64,000 bases of DNA from a bacterium (GTDB lineage Bacteria > UBA10199 > 2-02-FULL-44-16 > JAAZCA01), in assembly GCA_963674695.2 (NCBI GenBank), contig CAXXGI010000001.1, positions 256,001 to 320,000 on the forward strand, given 5' to 3'. The notes beneath the pieces are model-generated. The model made no database searches and was not told where the DNA came from. It saw only the letters and a list, made by a program, of their open reading frames with translations. Below are positions 37,752 through 46,509 of the stretch, piece by piece (positions within the stretch are counted from its first letter, which is position 1; every line of letters starts with the position of its first letter). The position numbers were made by a program, and so were the translations under genes.

Positions 37752-40382
37752 ATGACGACAGTCGCTATGGCCTGTTCCGCAAAACCGCATCCGAAGATCG
37801 ATCCGCGAAACGGCGAGAAAAACACCGCCCTCCCCCAAGAGAGCGCGCCAGAGCAGACGATCTCATGTAAGGGGTTGGCGGGAGCGGCCCAACACTTCTG
37901 TGACATCGAGTCCGGCATTCCCGACGAACACGTGGAGAGCCTCTGGTCCTGCATGGAGTCGGTCTATACGGAAGCCAACCGCCCGATCGAAGATCTCAAC
38001 CGTCTGGCCAACGTTGGCATCACGCGTGACGAAACCGGCTTATCCCGATTGACCAACGACCCAGAACACGTCGAAGACCTGGAAAAAATCGAGCTGGCCT
38101 ATCGCTATCCGGATGTCTTCGGTCGCTGCATCGTTCAGGCGAAGCTTCCGCTGCCCCTGATGATGAACGACTTCGATGATTCGACCAACAAGGATCAGCA
38201 ACTTCGGCAGGAGATTCACAAATCGGTGCGCACGATCATCCAGGGCAAGCAGTCACAGACCCCTGCCGACCGGAAAGCACAGGGCGAATCCATCTTCGAC
38301 TGGGCCAAAGAAACATTCTCCTTCTTCGGCGACTGCGCCATCGAATGCACCGACCTCGAATCCGCACACTACGAACAAGGACGTTGTTCGGAAGCGAGCG
38401 CACGGCTCTTTTTCCCCTATCACGTCGCCGGCCTCGATCCGCGCATCATGTATGTGCGCAATTTCGATCCCGGCCTCGAATGGATCGACATCCTACCACA
38501 GCTGGGGCAGGCGCAGGAGCATGTCCTGATCGGCATTCCATCCGAAGCGACAAAAGGCGCGCCACTCATTCAAGCAGATCTCATCAACGGTCGGTTCGAC
38601 AAACCGTTTGAGGATGCGCACGAAATCTCAAAACGCACCTTCGTCTCGCGCTGGCTCTTCAATCGAGCCCAAGACTTGGGCAGCCACAACCGGATGCTCG
38701 AAAGCGAACAAGCACTGCAGGATGCGCTGACCCTCGATCCCGATAACATCATCATCTGGATGAGCCTGGGCCGCTATTACCATGCGTTCGGACGGCATGC
38801 CGACCGCGACTACGTCTGGGGGTTCATCCAACGAAACCTCGGCAATCATCCGTGGACGCCACTGCTGGGTCCCATGCTCCAAGGCGGACCCAACGCCTCC
38901 ATCGAGGACCCCGAACTGCGAGAGCAGGCCAACGCCAAGATCAGTAAAATGGCTGAGTCTCAACCGGAACTCGCCGCACAGCTGGCCTACATGGGAACAC
39001 GACTGGAAATCCCCCTCCTTCTCGCGACATACCGCAATGCCGTCCAGTCCAAGAACGGGATCGACCCCAAGCTTCAACAACAGCTCCATCAGGGATTCAT
39101 GAATGTCTCCCAGAACCTGGCCTTGATCCTCTCTCTCAACCCGAAGAATATCTTCGCGTACCGCGATCTGATCCAACTCCTCCAGATGAGCGGATCACCG
39201 ACATTGGGTGCGGATGCGTTTGGAAAGCTCACGCGGGATCATCCCGGCCATGCCCCCTTTCTCTATGCCTACGCGCAATTCGCCGCACTGACCTCAAAAG
39301 CGCATGGTGTTTCGCCGGAACAACGTCGACAGATCGTCGATGAAGTGCTGTCGGCATGCGACATCCTCGAGCGCATGGAACCGGATCATCCGGAACCACC
39401 GACATTGCGGGCGAAAATTCTGGCGGCACACAATCGTTTTGCAGAAGCCCTGTCTGCAGTCGAACGAGCCGACGCGCTGCAAAAAAAGCGCGGAGGGCCT
39501 CAAGATACGACCAACGACGAGATCCGCCTCTTCGCCCTCATCTATACCGGAGATGAAGAAACGCTCATCACAACGGCTCGCAATATATTCGCCCGTGCGC
39601 CGCACGCCCCCGCACTCGTGGCACAGCAACTGATGGACAGCTTCTATTGGAGCTATACTCCGGGAGAAGGCAGCCTCATTCGCGATGAGATCCAGCCCGT
39701 GAGAATCGATGGCACGCATCGCAGGCTGATGGAGCGCATCGCAGCCCTGATCATTGAACTGGACCGATTCCCCGAAGCACGTGAATCGGTCGCCCAATTA
39801 CGGGCCTTCATCGCCCCTTATGCACTCATCGTCCTCGGCCGTGAAAAAGGGCACGCATTCATGGCCCCCATTCCGCAGAACCCATCCGACCAGATCGTCG
39901 CGAAGATCGCCCAGTCCACCACGAAGCTCACCGATGAAACCCTGTTCGCATTCAACGCGGCACCGGACCGCACAACCGTCGAGGATCTCGAATGGTATCT
40001 CGATCAAGCAACGACACATCTCGCTGAGCAGCACGACGATCTCCTCAAGAAATCCCGTCAGGGCCTGTGTTGGCTCTGGGTCCTCCACGAAGACATCGAT
40101 GGCGCCAAACGCGCGCTCTCCCATCTCTCCCCACAGAAAACCGCCACCTGTCTGGCGAGCATCGCGAACACGCTGATCCGCAACGGCGGAGAGAGCCGGC
40201 GCAACACCGAGCGACTGGACTTTGCCCTGACACTCATCTGGGAGAGACGCTCGACCTTCACGCGAGAGCAGCTCACCCCGTTCGTCTGGCTCTTCGAACA
40301 GCTCGCCGAACTCAGCCGCAAACACGGTTTGAGCGCAAAGGCGAATCGGGCGGTGCAACGTTCCCGATTGCTCAAACGCTGA
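37752..40382 (+). CDS. Transglutaminase-like (Cys-His-Asp) domain plus TPR-repeat protein
   Basis: GRCSE, EHVLIG and QADL give a papain-like triad order; TPR-like helices follow (ALTLDPDN, LERMEPDHPE); start uncertain. Confidence 0.65.
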   Translation: MTTVAMACSAKPHPKIDPRNGEKNTALPQESAPEQTISCKGLAGAAQHFCDIESGIPDEHVESLWSCMESVYTEANRPIEDLNRLANVGITRDETGLSRLTNDPEHVEDLEKIELAYRYPDVFGRCIVQAKLPLPLMMNDFDDSTNKDQQLRQEIHKSVRTIIQGKQSQTPADRKAQGESIFDWAKETFSFFGDCAIECTDLESAHYEQGRCSEASARLFFPYHVAGLDPRIMYVRNFDPGLEWIDILPQLGQAQEHVLIGIPSEATKGAPLIQADLINGRFDKPFEDAHEISKRTFVSRWLFNRAQDLGSHNRMLESEQALQDALTLDPDNIIIWMSLGRYYHAFGRHADRDYVWGFIQRNLGNHPWTPLLGPMLQGGPNASIEDPELREQANAKISKMAESQPELAAQLAYMGTRLEIPLLLATYRNAVQSKNGIDPKLQQQLHQGFMNVSQNLALILSLNPKNIFAYRDLIQLLQMSGSPTLGADAFGKLTRDHPGHAPFLYAYAQFAALTSKAHGVSPEQRRQIVDEVLSACDILERMEPDHPEPPTLRAKILAAHNRFAEALSAVERADALQKKRGGPQDTTNDEIRLFALIYTGDEETLITTARNIFARAPHAPALVAQQLMDSFYWSYTPGEGSLIRDEIQPVRIDGTHRRLMERIAALIIELDRFPEARESVAQLRAFIAPYALIVLGREKGHAFMAPIPQNPSDQIVAKIAQSTTKLTDETLFAFNAAPDRTTVEDLEWYLDQATTHLAEQHDDLLKKSRQGLCWLWVLHEDIDGAKRALSHLSPQKTATCLASIANTLIRNGGESRRNTERLDFALTLIWERRSTFTREQLTPFVWLFEQLAELSRKHGLSAKANRAVQRSRLLKR

Positions 40383-40440
40383 TCCGTTTTGAACAGATAT
40401 TTCGTTGTGCTCCCGGGGAAAAATCCCTACAAAAGCCCCC

Positions 40441-41331
40441 GTGCGAAATACCACCAAACAGTTGCTGGCGGTCTGCTCCCTCATCGCCATGACCGTGATC
40501 TGGGGCAGCACCTTCATTCTCGTCAAAGGTATCGTGCGCGAACTCGATGTCTTCTGGTTCAGCTTCCTCCGTTTTGCCGGAGCCTTCGCCCTGCTCGCCC
40601 TCATCTTCAGCCGACGCATCCTGCGCGCCGATCGCGCAACGCTCAAAGCGGGTGTTGCGCTGGGCGGGCTCCTCGCTGCCGGTTTCATCCTGCAGGCCGA
40701 GGGGCTGCGATTCACCTCCGCATCGAACGCAGCCTTCATCACGACCCTCTACATGGTCTTCACGCCATTTCTCGGCCTGCTCTATCCGAGTGCCCGCCCC
40801 TCGCTCTTCTCGCTGATCGGACTGGGCCTGGCCATTCCGGGCGCGATCCTCATCAGCCACTACAGCTACACCGGGGTGAATATCGGCGACCTGATCTCAC
40901 TGGCCTGTGCGGTCGCCTTTGCCTGGCATATCGTCCTCACCGGAGAATTTACCCGGCGTCACTCCCTCGTGCCCCTCATGGGCATTCAGTTTTTCACGGC
41001 CGCGCTGGTCTGCGGCGTGATCGCCCTCATCCGGGGTACGGTGACCTTCGCGATTCCAACATCGGAATGGCCGACCCTCGCCTATCTCTCGATCATCGCC
41101 ACGGGACTGCCCTTCATCATCATGACCGCCGCCCAACGCGTAGTCGACGCCACGCGCGCGGGACTCATCTATACCCTCGAAGCGGTCTTTGCCGCCCTCT
41201 TCGCCTGGTGGCTTGCCGGGGAGACCTTCACTCCCATCGCCTTCGTCGGCGCCAGCCTCATGCTGGGCGGCATGGTCGTCTCGGAGGTCCACCCCATCGC
41301 GCGATATGTCTGGAGCAAAGTGATGGGATAA
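40441..41331 (+). CDS. DMT/EamA family transporter
   Basis: IWGSTFILVK, LRF, GLRFTSASNAAFIT, GDL, AGLIYTLEAVFA; about 10 TM. Confidence 0.92.
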   Translation: MRNTTKQLLAVCSLIAMTVIWGSTFILVKGIVRELDVFWFSFLRFAGAFALLALIFSRRILRADRATLKAGVALGGLLAAGFILQAEGLRFTSASNAAFITTLYMVFTPFLGLLYPSARPSLFSLIGLGLAIPGAILISHYSYTGVNIGDLISLACAVAFAWHIVLTGEFTRRHSLVPLMGIQFFTAALVCGVIALIRGTVTFAIPTSEWPTLAYLSIIATGLPFIIMTAAQRVVDATRAGLIYTLEAVFAALFAWWLAGETFTPIAFVGASLMLGGMVVSEVHPIARYVWSKVMG

Positions 41332-41401
41332 GTGCGACTTCCCTTCCTCGTTATCGAAATCCTTTATTTTGCGGGAGCCATCATCTCGACCCTCGGAGTG
41401 C

Positions 41402-41603
41402 ATCGAAGCATTCGGGGAGGAGGTGGTGTGCTGCGCCTTCCCTCCGCCTTTTCCTCGCGAAAAGATCGCTGGGTTCAAAGGCGCGAATTGCGGATCCTCC
41501 GTTGTCGGCTCGCAATTCGCGAACCCAGACGATCTTTTCGTTCGTCATACGGCTCCGGTCAGAGCGTCGCCATGCACACCACCCCCTCCCCGAATGCTTC
41601 GAT
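41402..41603. other. 200-nt rod-like palindromic element (structured ncRNA or MITE candidate)
   Basis: 30-bp terminal inverted repeat with one mismatch enclosing three nested stems (CGAAAAGATCG/CGATCTTTTCG, CTGGGTTC/GAACCCAG, GCGAATTGCG/CGCAATTCGC). Confidence 0.75.
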
Positions 41604-41712
41604 ATCGGTTGGGATGAAATCCATTCCCTGCATCACCGTCCTCCACATAAAGTAATGACGATTTCTGGAAATTCTGCTATGCTGCAAAAAATTCCACATG
41701 GGAGGGGGCCCT

Positions 41713-42138
41713 ATGAATGAACAAGTGATGAATGAACAGATTCAGATGCAAATGCAGCAAGCGGGTGCGGGTCTGGGGATCGGCATGATCATCTTCATCC
41801 TGGTCATGTATGTCTTCTTCGCCTATTGCCTCGCGCGCCTGGCGGTGAAGAGCGGCATGCCGTTCGGCTCGAGCTTCATCTGGGCGATCATCCCGATCGC
41901 CAACGTCTTTTTGATGCTCAAAATCGCCGACAAGCCGATGTGGTGGATCATCCTCATGTTCATCCCGATCGCCAACCTCGTCGTAGCGATCCTCGTCTGG
42001 ATGAGCATCGCCGAGCGCATGGGGCGTCCGCCCTGGTGGGGCGTGGTGATCGGGCTGGTGCCGATCGTCAACATCGTCCTCTTCTTGATGCTCGTCTTCG
42101 AGGCCAAGCGTCCGCCGTATACGCCGACCGCTGCATAA
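41713..42138 (+). CDS. Small membrane protein (DUF5684-like)
   Basis: WAIIPIAN..MLKIADKPMWW..LMFIPIAN repeated motif; GGAGG RBS. Confidence 0.8.
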   Translation: MNEQVMNEQIQMQMQQAGAGLGIGMIIFILVMYVFFAYCLARLAVKSGMPFGSSFIWAIIPIANVFLMLKIADKPMWWIILMFIPIANLVVAILVWMSIAERMGRPPWWGVVIGLVPIVNIVLFLMLVFEAKRPPYTPTAA

Positions 42139-42156
42139 GCAAGACCATCGAAAGAG

Positions 42157-42191
42157 AAAAAAGCCGCGTCCTTCCCGGGCGCGGCTTTTTT
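42157..42191. terminator. Bidirectional intrinsic terminator
   Basis: AAAAAAGCCGCGTCC-ttcc-CGGGCGCGGCTTTTTT between convergent genes. Confidence 0.85.
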
Positions 42192-42211
42192 ATTCGAACC
42201 ATTGTGAACGG

Positions 42212-44548
42212 CTATCGATCCTGGCGCACGAAGAAGGCGACCGAGCGCGGAGCGATACGAAAGGGAACTGCACTCCAGTCGCCGCTCGAGTCGATGAGAT
42301 CCTTCTTGGCCATAGGATAGTGTCCTCCAAAGCGCGGATCCTGCGTCTGGAGAACGGGAACCCAGCGCCCCGGCGGCAGGGGGAACTGCAGCAAGCGTTT
42401 TCCGGCGCGATAATCGTGGCGGGAGACATTGACGCCCACGATCACCGCATCGTCATCCGCCTCGCGCATGAGGGCCAAGAATCCCGTATCGACCGATTCG
42501 TAGATCCGCTTGATCGAATCGGGCGCATGCGATTGCAACGCCGGATGATCGCGGCGAAACGTATTCAAGGCCGCCATGAGGGCATCGGTGGGTGGATGTT
42601 CATCGAGCGGATCGCCTAAGCGCATGCGCAAAGCACTCTCGAGCATGGCATTGGCGTGATCGGTCTGTTCCGCGATATTCGCATATCGGGGATGATCGAC
42701 ACGCTCACGCATGTCGCGCACGAAGGGAAAGGGTCGCATCCAGCCCTGAAAGACCATGGGAATGCCGCGCGCAGCGAAGATGACCCCCAGGGCCATGCGA
42801 TAGGCGGGCAGCGACATGAGCTGCGCCATGCGCGTCCCGCCATAGTTCCCGCACTCATCATGACTCTCGAAGAAATTGACGAGCCCTTCGGTCATCGTAT
42901 CGAAGAGATCGTGAACCGTTACATGCCGATCGCTTCGCGCACGAAACATGTTGAGCAGCACGTGCATCAGTTCAAAATTCCAGGACAGTTCAATGCCACT
43001 CGTGTTCGCAACCTCTTTCCACGCATCGCCGTAACGACCATCCTCGGCGATGAGCACCGCTCGTTCATCAACGGCCTTGGCCGCATCGTGCAATCGATGC
43101 AGAGCGTTTGCATTGGCATCGCGATAGGATTGCAGGTGAGCGACCCTCGGATCGGGAATGCCGATATAGGAGGTCATATCCAGCCGAATGCCGTCGACCC
43201 CGTATTCGTCGATCCACATCTGCATGACCCGATCGCTGATATCGAGATTCTGTTCGACGATATAGCGCCGCTCCGGAATCTCGGCTCCCCTGCCGTCGAG
43301 CCCGGCAAAATCGAGACCACGCCCCCACTTCGCCCCCGGGGGCCCGACCTCGACGGGCGATAACCGATCATTGAAGAGATGATGAAAAACACCTTCGGTC
43401 CCCAGATGGTTGAGCTGAACATCGAGCACGACGGAAAGCCCCATCTCATGGAGCATGCGCACCGCCGCGCGCATCTCATCGGGCGTCCCCAGACGACTCT
43501 CCGGCGCAAACGGATGCGTGCCGTCATACCCCCAGTTGGCCCCTCCCGGAACCTCGGAGGGAGGCATGATCTCCACGGTGTTGAACCCGCGATCGATGAT
43601 CCAGCGTTTGAGGCGCGCGCGCCCTTCCTCCGAAACGAGCCCCTTCCAGGTGCCGTCGGGAGAAAAGGTGGACAGGTGTATTTCCGAAAGACGCATCTGT
43701 TCGCGCGTGCGAAAGCGATGTTTCTGTCGGCCCCATTCGAATGCAGAGGGCTTCACCACCTCGGAGGGTCCGAAGACGTCAAAGGGTTGAAAACGCGACC
43801 AGGGATCGGACAGACGATAGGTGGTGCCATCCGAGGCAACGACCTCGAACAGATAGTGAGAACCGTGGGGAAGCTGTTCGGTCGCGATCAGATAGTTGCC
43901 ATGCAAATCCCGATGCAGGGGAAGGCGATGCTTCGGCACGAGCTCCCGCCAATGCTGCATCTCCGCATCCAGGTCATCCGGGAGGGGCTCGAGGTCCTCG
44001 CGGGAGACAACGATGAGCGTCGCGCTCTTCAGGTGCGGCGCCCAGAGACGCACGACGGTCTGGTCATCCATGACGGTCGTCCCCTCCGGAATGATGCGAG
44101 AGAAGAGCATCCGCGCCATATCCACGCCGAAGGCCTGTTCAAGGGGATCGATACCGGTGACGGCGAAGTCCCAGGGTTTATTGAGACCCGCCAGGGCTTC
44201 ATCTATTCGACCTTCACCGATGGCGTCCTTCCACTTCTTGATCCATCCCTTCACCCGGCGAAGCGTGTTGCGATCCGGTTCCATGCCGTCATCGTCCCCA
44301 CCACCGCCGCCGGCGCCGCCGATGACGTCGCCACGCCCTGAATCAAACGGGATCGCAAACACCGAAGATGCTCCGGTCCCGCTGTTTTCCACCGGCACCG
44401 GACCCGCTTGGAAATAGGAATCGAGGACATCGGTACCGTCTGACAGCGCCCCCATACCCATCTCGCCAACCGAGTCGACCTCCTGACCCAGGGGCATGAA
44501 CGAAAAGCGACCGGGGAAGAACAATGCTGGATTATAAATGGTGCTCAT
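42212..44548 (-). CDS. GH13 alpha-glucan enzyme (TreZ/branching-enzyme-like) with unusual acidic, Gly-rich N-terminal extension
   Basis: VRLWAP (CBM48-like), WGYDG, LDVQLNHLG, DGIRLDMT (nucleophile), LIAED (acid/base), FFESHDE. Confidence 0.85.
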   Translation of the reverse strand: MSTIYNPALFFPGRFSFMPLGQEVDSVGEMGMGALSDGTDVLDSYFQAGPVPVENSGTGASSVFAIPFDSGRGDVIGGAGGGGGDDDGMEPDRNTLRRVKGWIKKWKDAIGEGRIDEALAGLNKPWDFAVTGIDPLEQAFGVDMARMLFSRIIPEGTTVMDDQTVVRLWAPHLKSATLIVVSREDLEPLPDDLDAEMQHWRELVPKHRLPLHRDLHGNYLIATEQLPHGSHYLFEVVASDGTTYRLSDPWSRFQPFDVFGPSEVVKPSAFEWGRQKHRFRTREQMRLSEIHLSTFSPDGTWKGLVSEEGRARLKRWIIDRGFNTVEIMPPSEVPGGANWGYDGTHPFAPESRLGTPDEMRAAVRMLHEMGLSVVLDVQLNHLGTEGVFHHLFNDRLSPVEVGPPGAKWGRGLDFAGLDGRGAEIPERRYIVEQNLDISDRVMQMWIDEYGVDGIRLDMTSYIGIPDPRVAHLQSYRDANANALHRLHDAAKAVDERAVLIAEDGRYGDAWKEVANTSGIELSWNFELMHVLLNMFRARSDRHVTVHDLFDTMTEGLVNFFESHDECGNYGGTRMAQLMSLPAYRMALGVIFAARGIPMVFQGWMRPFPFVRDMRERVDHPRYANIAEQTDHANAMLESALRMRLGDPLDEHPPTDALMAALNTFRRDHPALQSHAPDSIKRIYESVDTGFLALMREADDDAVIVGVNVSRHDYRAGKRLLQFPLPPGRWVPVLQTQDPRFGGHYPMAKKDLIDSSGDWSAVPFRIAPRSVAFFVRQDR

Positions 44549-44570
44549 AGGGATTCATCCTTCTCCCCCT

Positions 44571-44596
44571 TATCGCGGATAGGCAAAAAAAGTTGC
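44571..44596 (-). promoter_or_regulatory. Candidate alternative-sigma promoter GCAAC-N16-CGATA
   Basis: Minus strand GCAAC-TTTTTTTGCCTATCCG-CGATAA, ending 22 nt before the GH13 start; matches 13259-13284. Confidence 0.4.
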
Positions 44597-44685
44597 GCGA
44601 TCTCTTCCCAAAAGAAGGTCGGAATAATCCATTCATTTCAATAAGATACAGCAGATCCTGCGCGCATTCGCCCGACAGAACCCCA

Positions 44686-45876
44686 TCAGGCGCCCATGAG
44701 GCCCGGCAGATGTGCCTTGATTCGCTCGGCGGCGGTCTCGCATTCGGCCTCCGAGGGAACGAGGGCAAAGCGCACGAACCCCTCCCCCGGATTGCCTTCA
44801 GGGGTTTCCTCGCTCACCCAACCGCCCGGCGTGGATACGACCGCGATCTTCGGATCGAGCAGATGCTGGGCAAACTCAACCGAACTCACCCCATCGGGCA
44901 CGCGCTGCCAGATATAGAGCGTCGCATCCGGCGTGCAGTCGGGCAGTCCCATCTCGACAAAGGCGCGCGCCATGATGTCGCGCTTGCGGCGATAGAGCCC
45001 GCGCAGATTCTCCACGTGCGCTTCATCGCCGAGGGCAGCCACCGCCGCATCCTGGATGAAGTTCGCCGTGCCGGAATCGACATTGGTCTTGAGCTTCTTG
45101 AAGGCATCGACGATGCGCGCATCGCCCGCGATCCAGCCGACACGATAGCCGGTCATGCAACTGCGTTTGGACAGCGACTGAAAGACCACCACGCCATCGC
45201 GCGCCACCTCGAGAATCGAAGACGGCGGTGTTCCGTAATAATTTTCCGAGTAGGCCTCGTCGGAAGCGATGATGATGTCGTTGTCCTGGCCAAACCGCAC
45301 CACGCGTTCGAAAAAATCGCGATCGGCTGTGACGCCCGTGGGATTATTCGGATAGTTGATCCACATGAGCCGCGCACGTTTCCGAACATCACTGGGGATC
45401 GCATCGAGATCGGGGAGAAAATTGTTCTCGGGCAGCAGGTTCATGAAGTGTACCTGGCCTTCGGCAAAGCGCGTGCCACGCGTATAGGGCGGATAGCCCG
45501 GGTTGGGCACGAGCACGACATCCCCCGGATCGATGAAGGCCTCGGGAAAATTGAAGACCGCCTCCTTCGATCCGATGGAGGCGCAGATCTCGCGCTCCGG
45601 ATCAAGAGCAACGCCAAAGCGGTTTTTCGTCCAGGCAACGATCGCGTCGCGAAAACGACGCGCGCCGACGTAGCTCGGATAGCCCCCCTGCATGTGTTCA
45701 TCCACGCTGTGCTTGACCGCCTCGCGCACGACCGTGGGCGTGGGCTCAGACGGGTCGCCGACGCCGAAGTCGATCGGATCGATACCGGCGCGTTTCAGTT
45801 CGGCCACCCGCTCCGTGACGGCGGCGAAGGCATACGTGGGCAACTCGGACAAGCGCTTGGATAATTGAATCTGCAT
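44686..45876 (-). CDS. Class I/II PLP aminotransferase (LL-DAP/DapC-like)
   Basis: IDFGVGDP, GSKEA, NYPNNPTG, SDEAY, SLSKRSCMTGYRVG; GAGG RBS. Confidence 0.92.
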   Translation of the reverse strand: MQIQLSKRLSELPTYAFAAVTERVAELKRAGIDPIDFGVGDPSEPTPTVVREAVKHSVDEHMQGGYPSYVGARRFRDAIVAWTKNRFGVALDPEREICASIGSKEAVFNFPEAFIDPGDVVLVPNPGYPPYTRGTRFAEGQVHFMNLLPENNFLPDLDAIPSDVRKRARLMWINYPNNPTGVTADRDFFERVVRFGQDNDIIIASDEAYSENYYGTPPSSILEVARDGVVVFQSLSKRSCMTGYRVGWIAGDARIVDAFKKLKTNVDSGTANFIQDAAVAALGDEAHVENLRGLYRRKRDIMARAFVEMGLPDCTPDATLYIWQRVPDGVSSVEFAQHLLDPKIAVVSTPGGWVSEETPEGNPGEGFVRFALVPSEAECETAAERIKAHLPGLMGA

Positions 45877-45885
45877 GAACGTTCC

Positions 45886-45923
45886 TCTCGTGGTCTCGTG
45901 GTCTCGTGGTCTCGTGGTCTCGT
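45886..45923. repeat. Octamer tandem repeat (TCTCGTGG)4.75
   Basis: Perfect tandem copies overlapping the aminotransferase RBS region; degenerate reverse-complement copies at about 35945-35968 before the radical SAM gene. Confidence 0.85.
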
Positions 45924-46001
45924 AAAGTCGTGAAAAAAGCCTTTTGGTGCAAGGGGATTCGCACGTTCTTCCGCATCGAAAAGAAAAATTTTGCCAAGGG
46001 G

Positions 46002-46031
46002 TTGACAAGTGAACGGGCGTTCACTTACGGT
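46002..46031 (+). promoter_or_regulatory. Sigma70-type promoter with overlapping palindromic operator AAGTGAAC-N4-GTTCACTT (SOS-box-like)
   Basis: TTGACA 46002-46007, TACGGT 46026-46031; perfect 8-bp-arm palindrome 46007-46026 containing GAAC-N4-GTTC. Confidence 0.7.
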
Positions 46032-46037
46032 GGGGAC

Positions 46038-46274
46038 ATGGCACAACGAACAAACCAAGGCAGAAACGGGGCTTTTCTTCGGCGGCTGCTCAAGCATCTG
46101 GCCGCACAGCAAGAGGATGCTGTCATCGAGCCCATCCGCCCCTATTGGCGCTCAAACTGGAATGAGCCGGAGCCCGGCGCCCCCCAACTGGATCTGTTCG
46201 ACGAATTTCACCAAGACCCTTGTCCCTCGATAAGGCGCCTGGATCACGATGAATCCAGCCTCCTATACGACTGA
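46038..46274 (+). CDS. Small hypothetical protein (78 aa) with beta-clamp-binding motif QLDLF
   Basis: ATG directly downstream of the promoter; sequence includes PGAPQLDLFDEF. Confidence 0.55.
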   Translation: MAQRTNQGRNGAFLRRLLKHLAAQQEDAVIEPIRPYWRSNWNEPEPGAPQLDLFDEFHQDPCPSIRRLDHDESSLLYD

Positions 46275-46371
46275 TGACGGCACCTCCGTCCCACCCCTCC
46301 CCCTGTGTTTCCCCCCCTTCGCAGGGGGAGGGGCGTGGGGAAAACCAGGTCTGAAAAAATGGGGATCTCTC

Positions 46372-46469
46372 AAAACCTATAATGAGTCACCGCGAGGGGA
46401 AAATGGAGACCTTTTTTACAGGGTTATCGGAAAAAAGGTCTCCATTCTCCCCGGGAGGTGACATCAATA
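46372..46469. repeat. ~100-bp long-stem inverted-repeat element (MITE-like), copy 2
   Basis: Highly similar to 24378-24476, including the loop TACAGGGTYATCGG and flanks AAAACCTATRATG / CATCAATA. Confidence 0.85.
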
Positions 46470-46509
46470 ATTGAGCTTTGAGAAACACTCGAATTATTTG
46501 GATACAACG

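Noticed and set aside
41332-41655. Small ORFs (107 and 82 aa) between the EamA and DUF5684-like genes
   Set aside because: They overlap the 200-nt palindrome, have no recognisable protein features and lack clear RBSs.
46290-46340. C-rich/G-rich hairpin after the small QLDLF ORF as a terminator
   Set aside because: Imperfect stem with no U-tract on the + strand; cannot be distinguished from a degenerate REP-like remnant.
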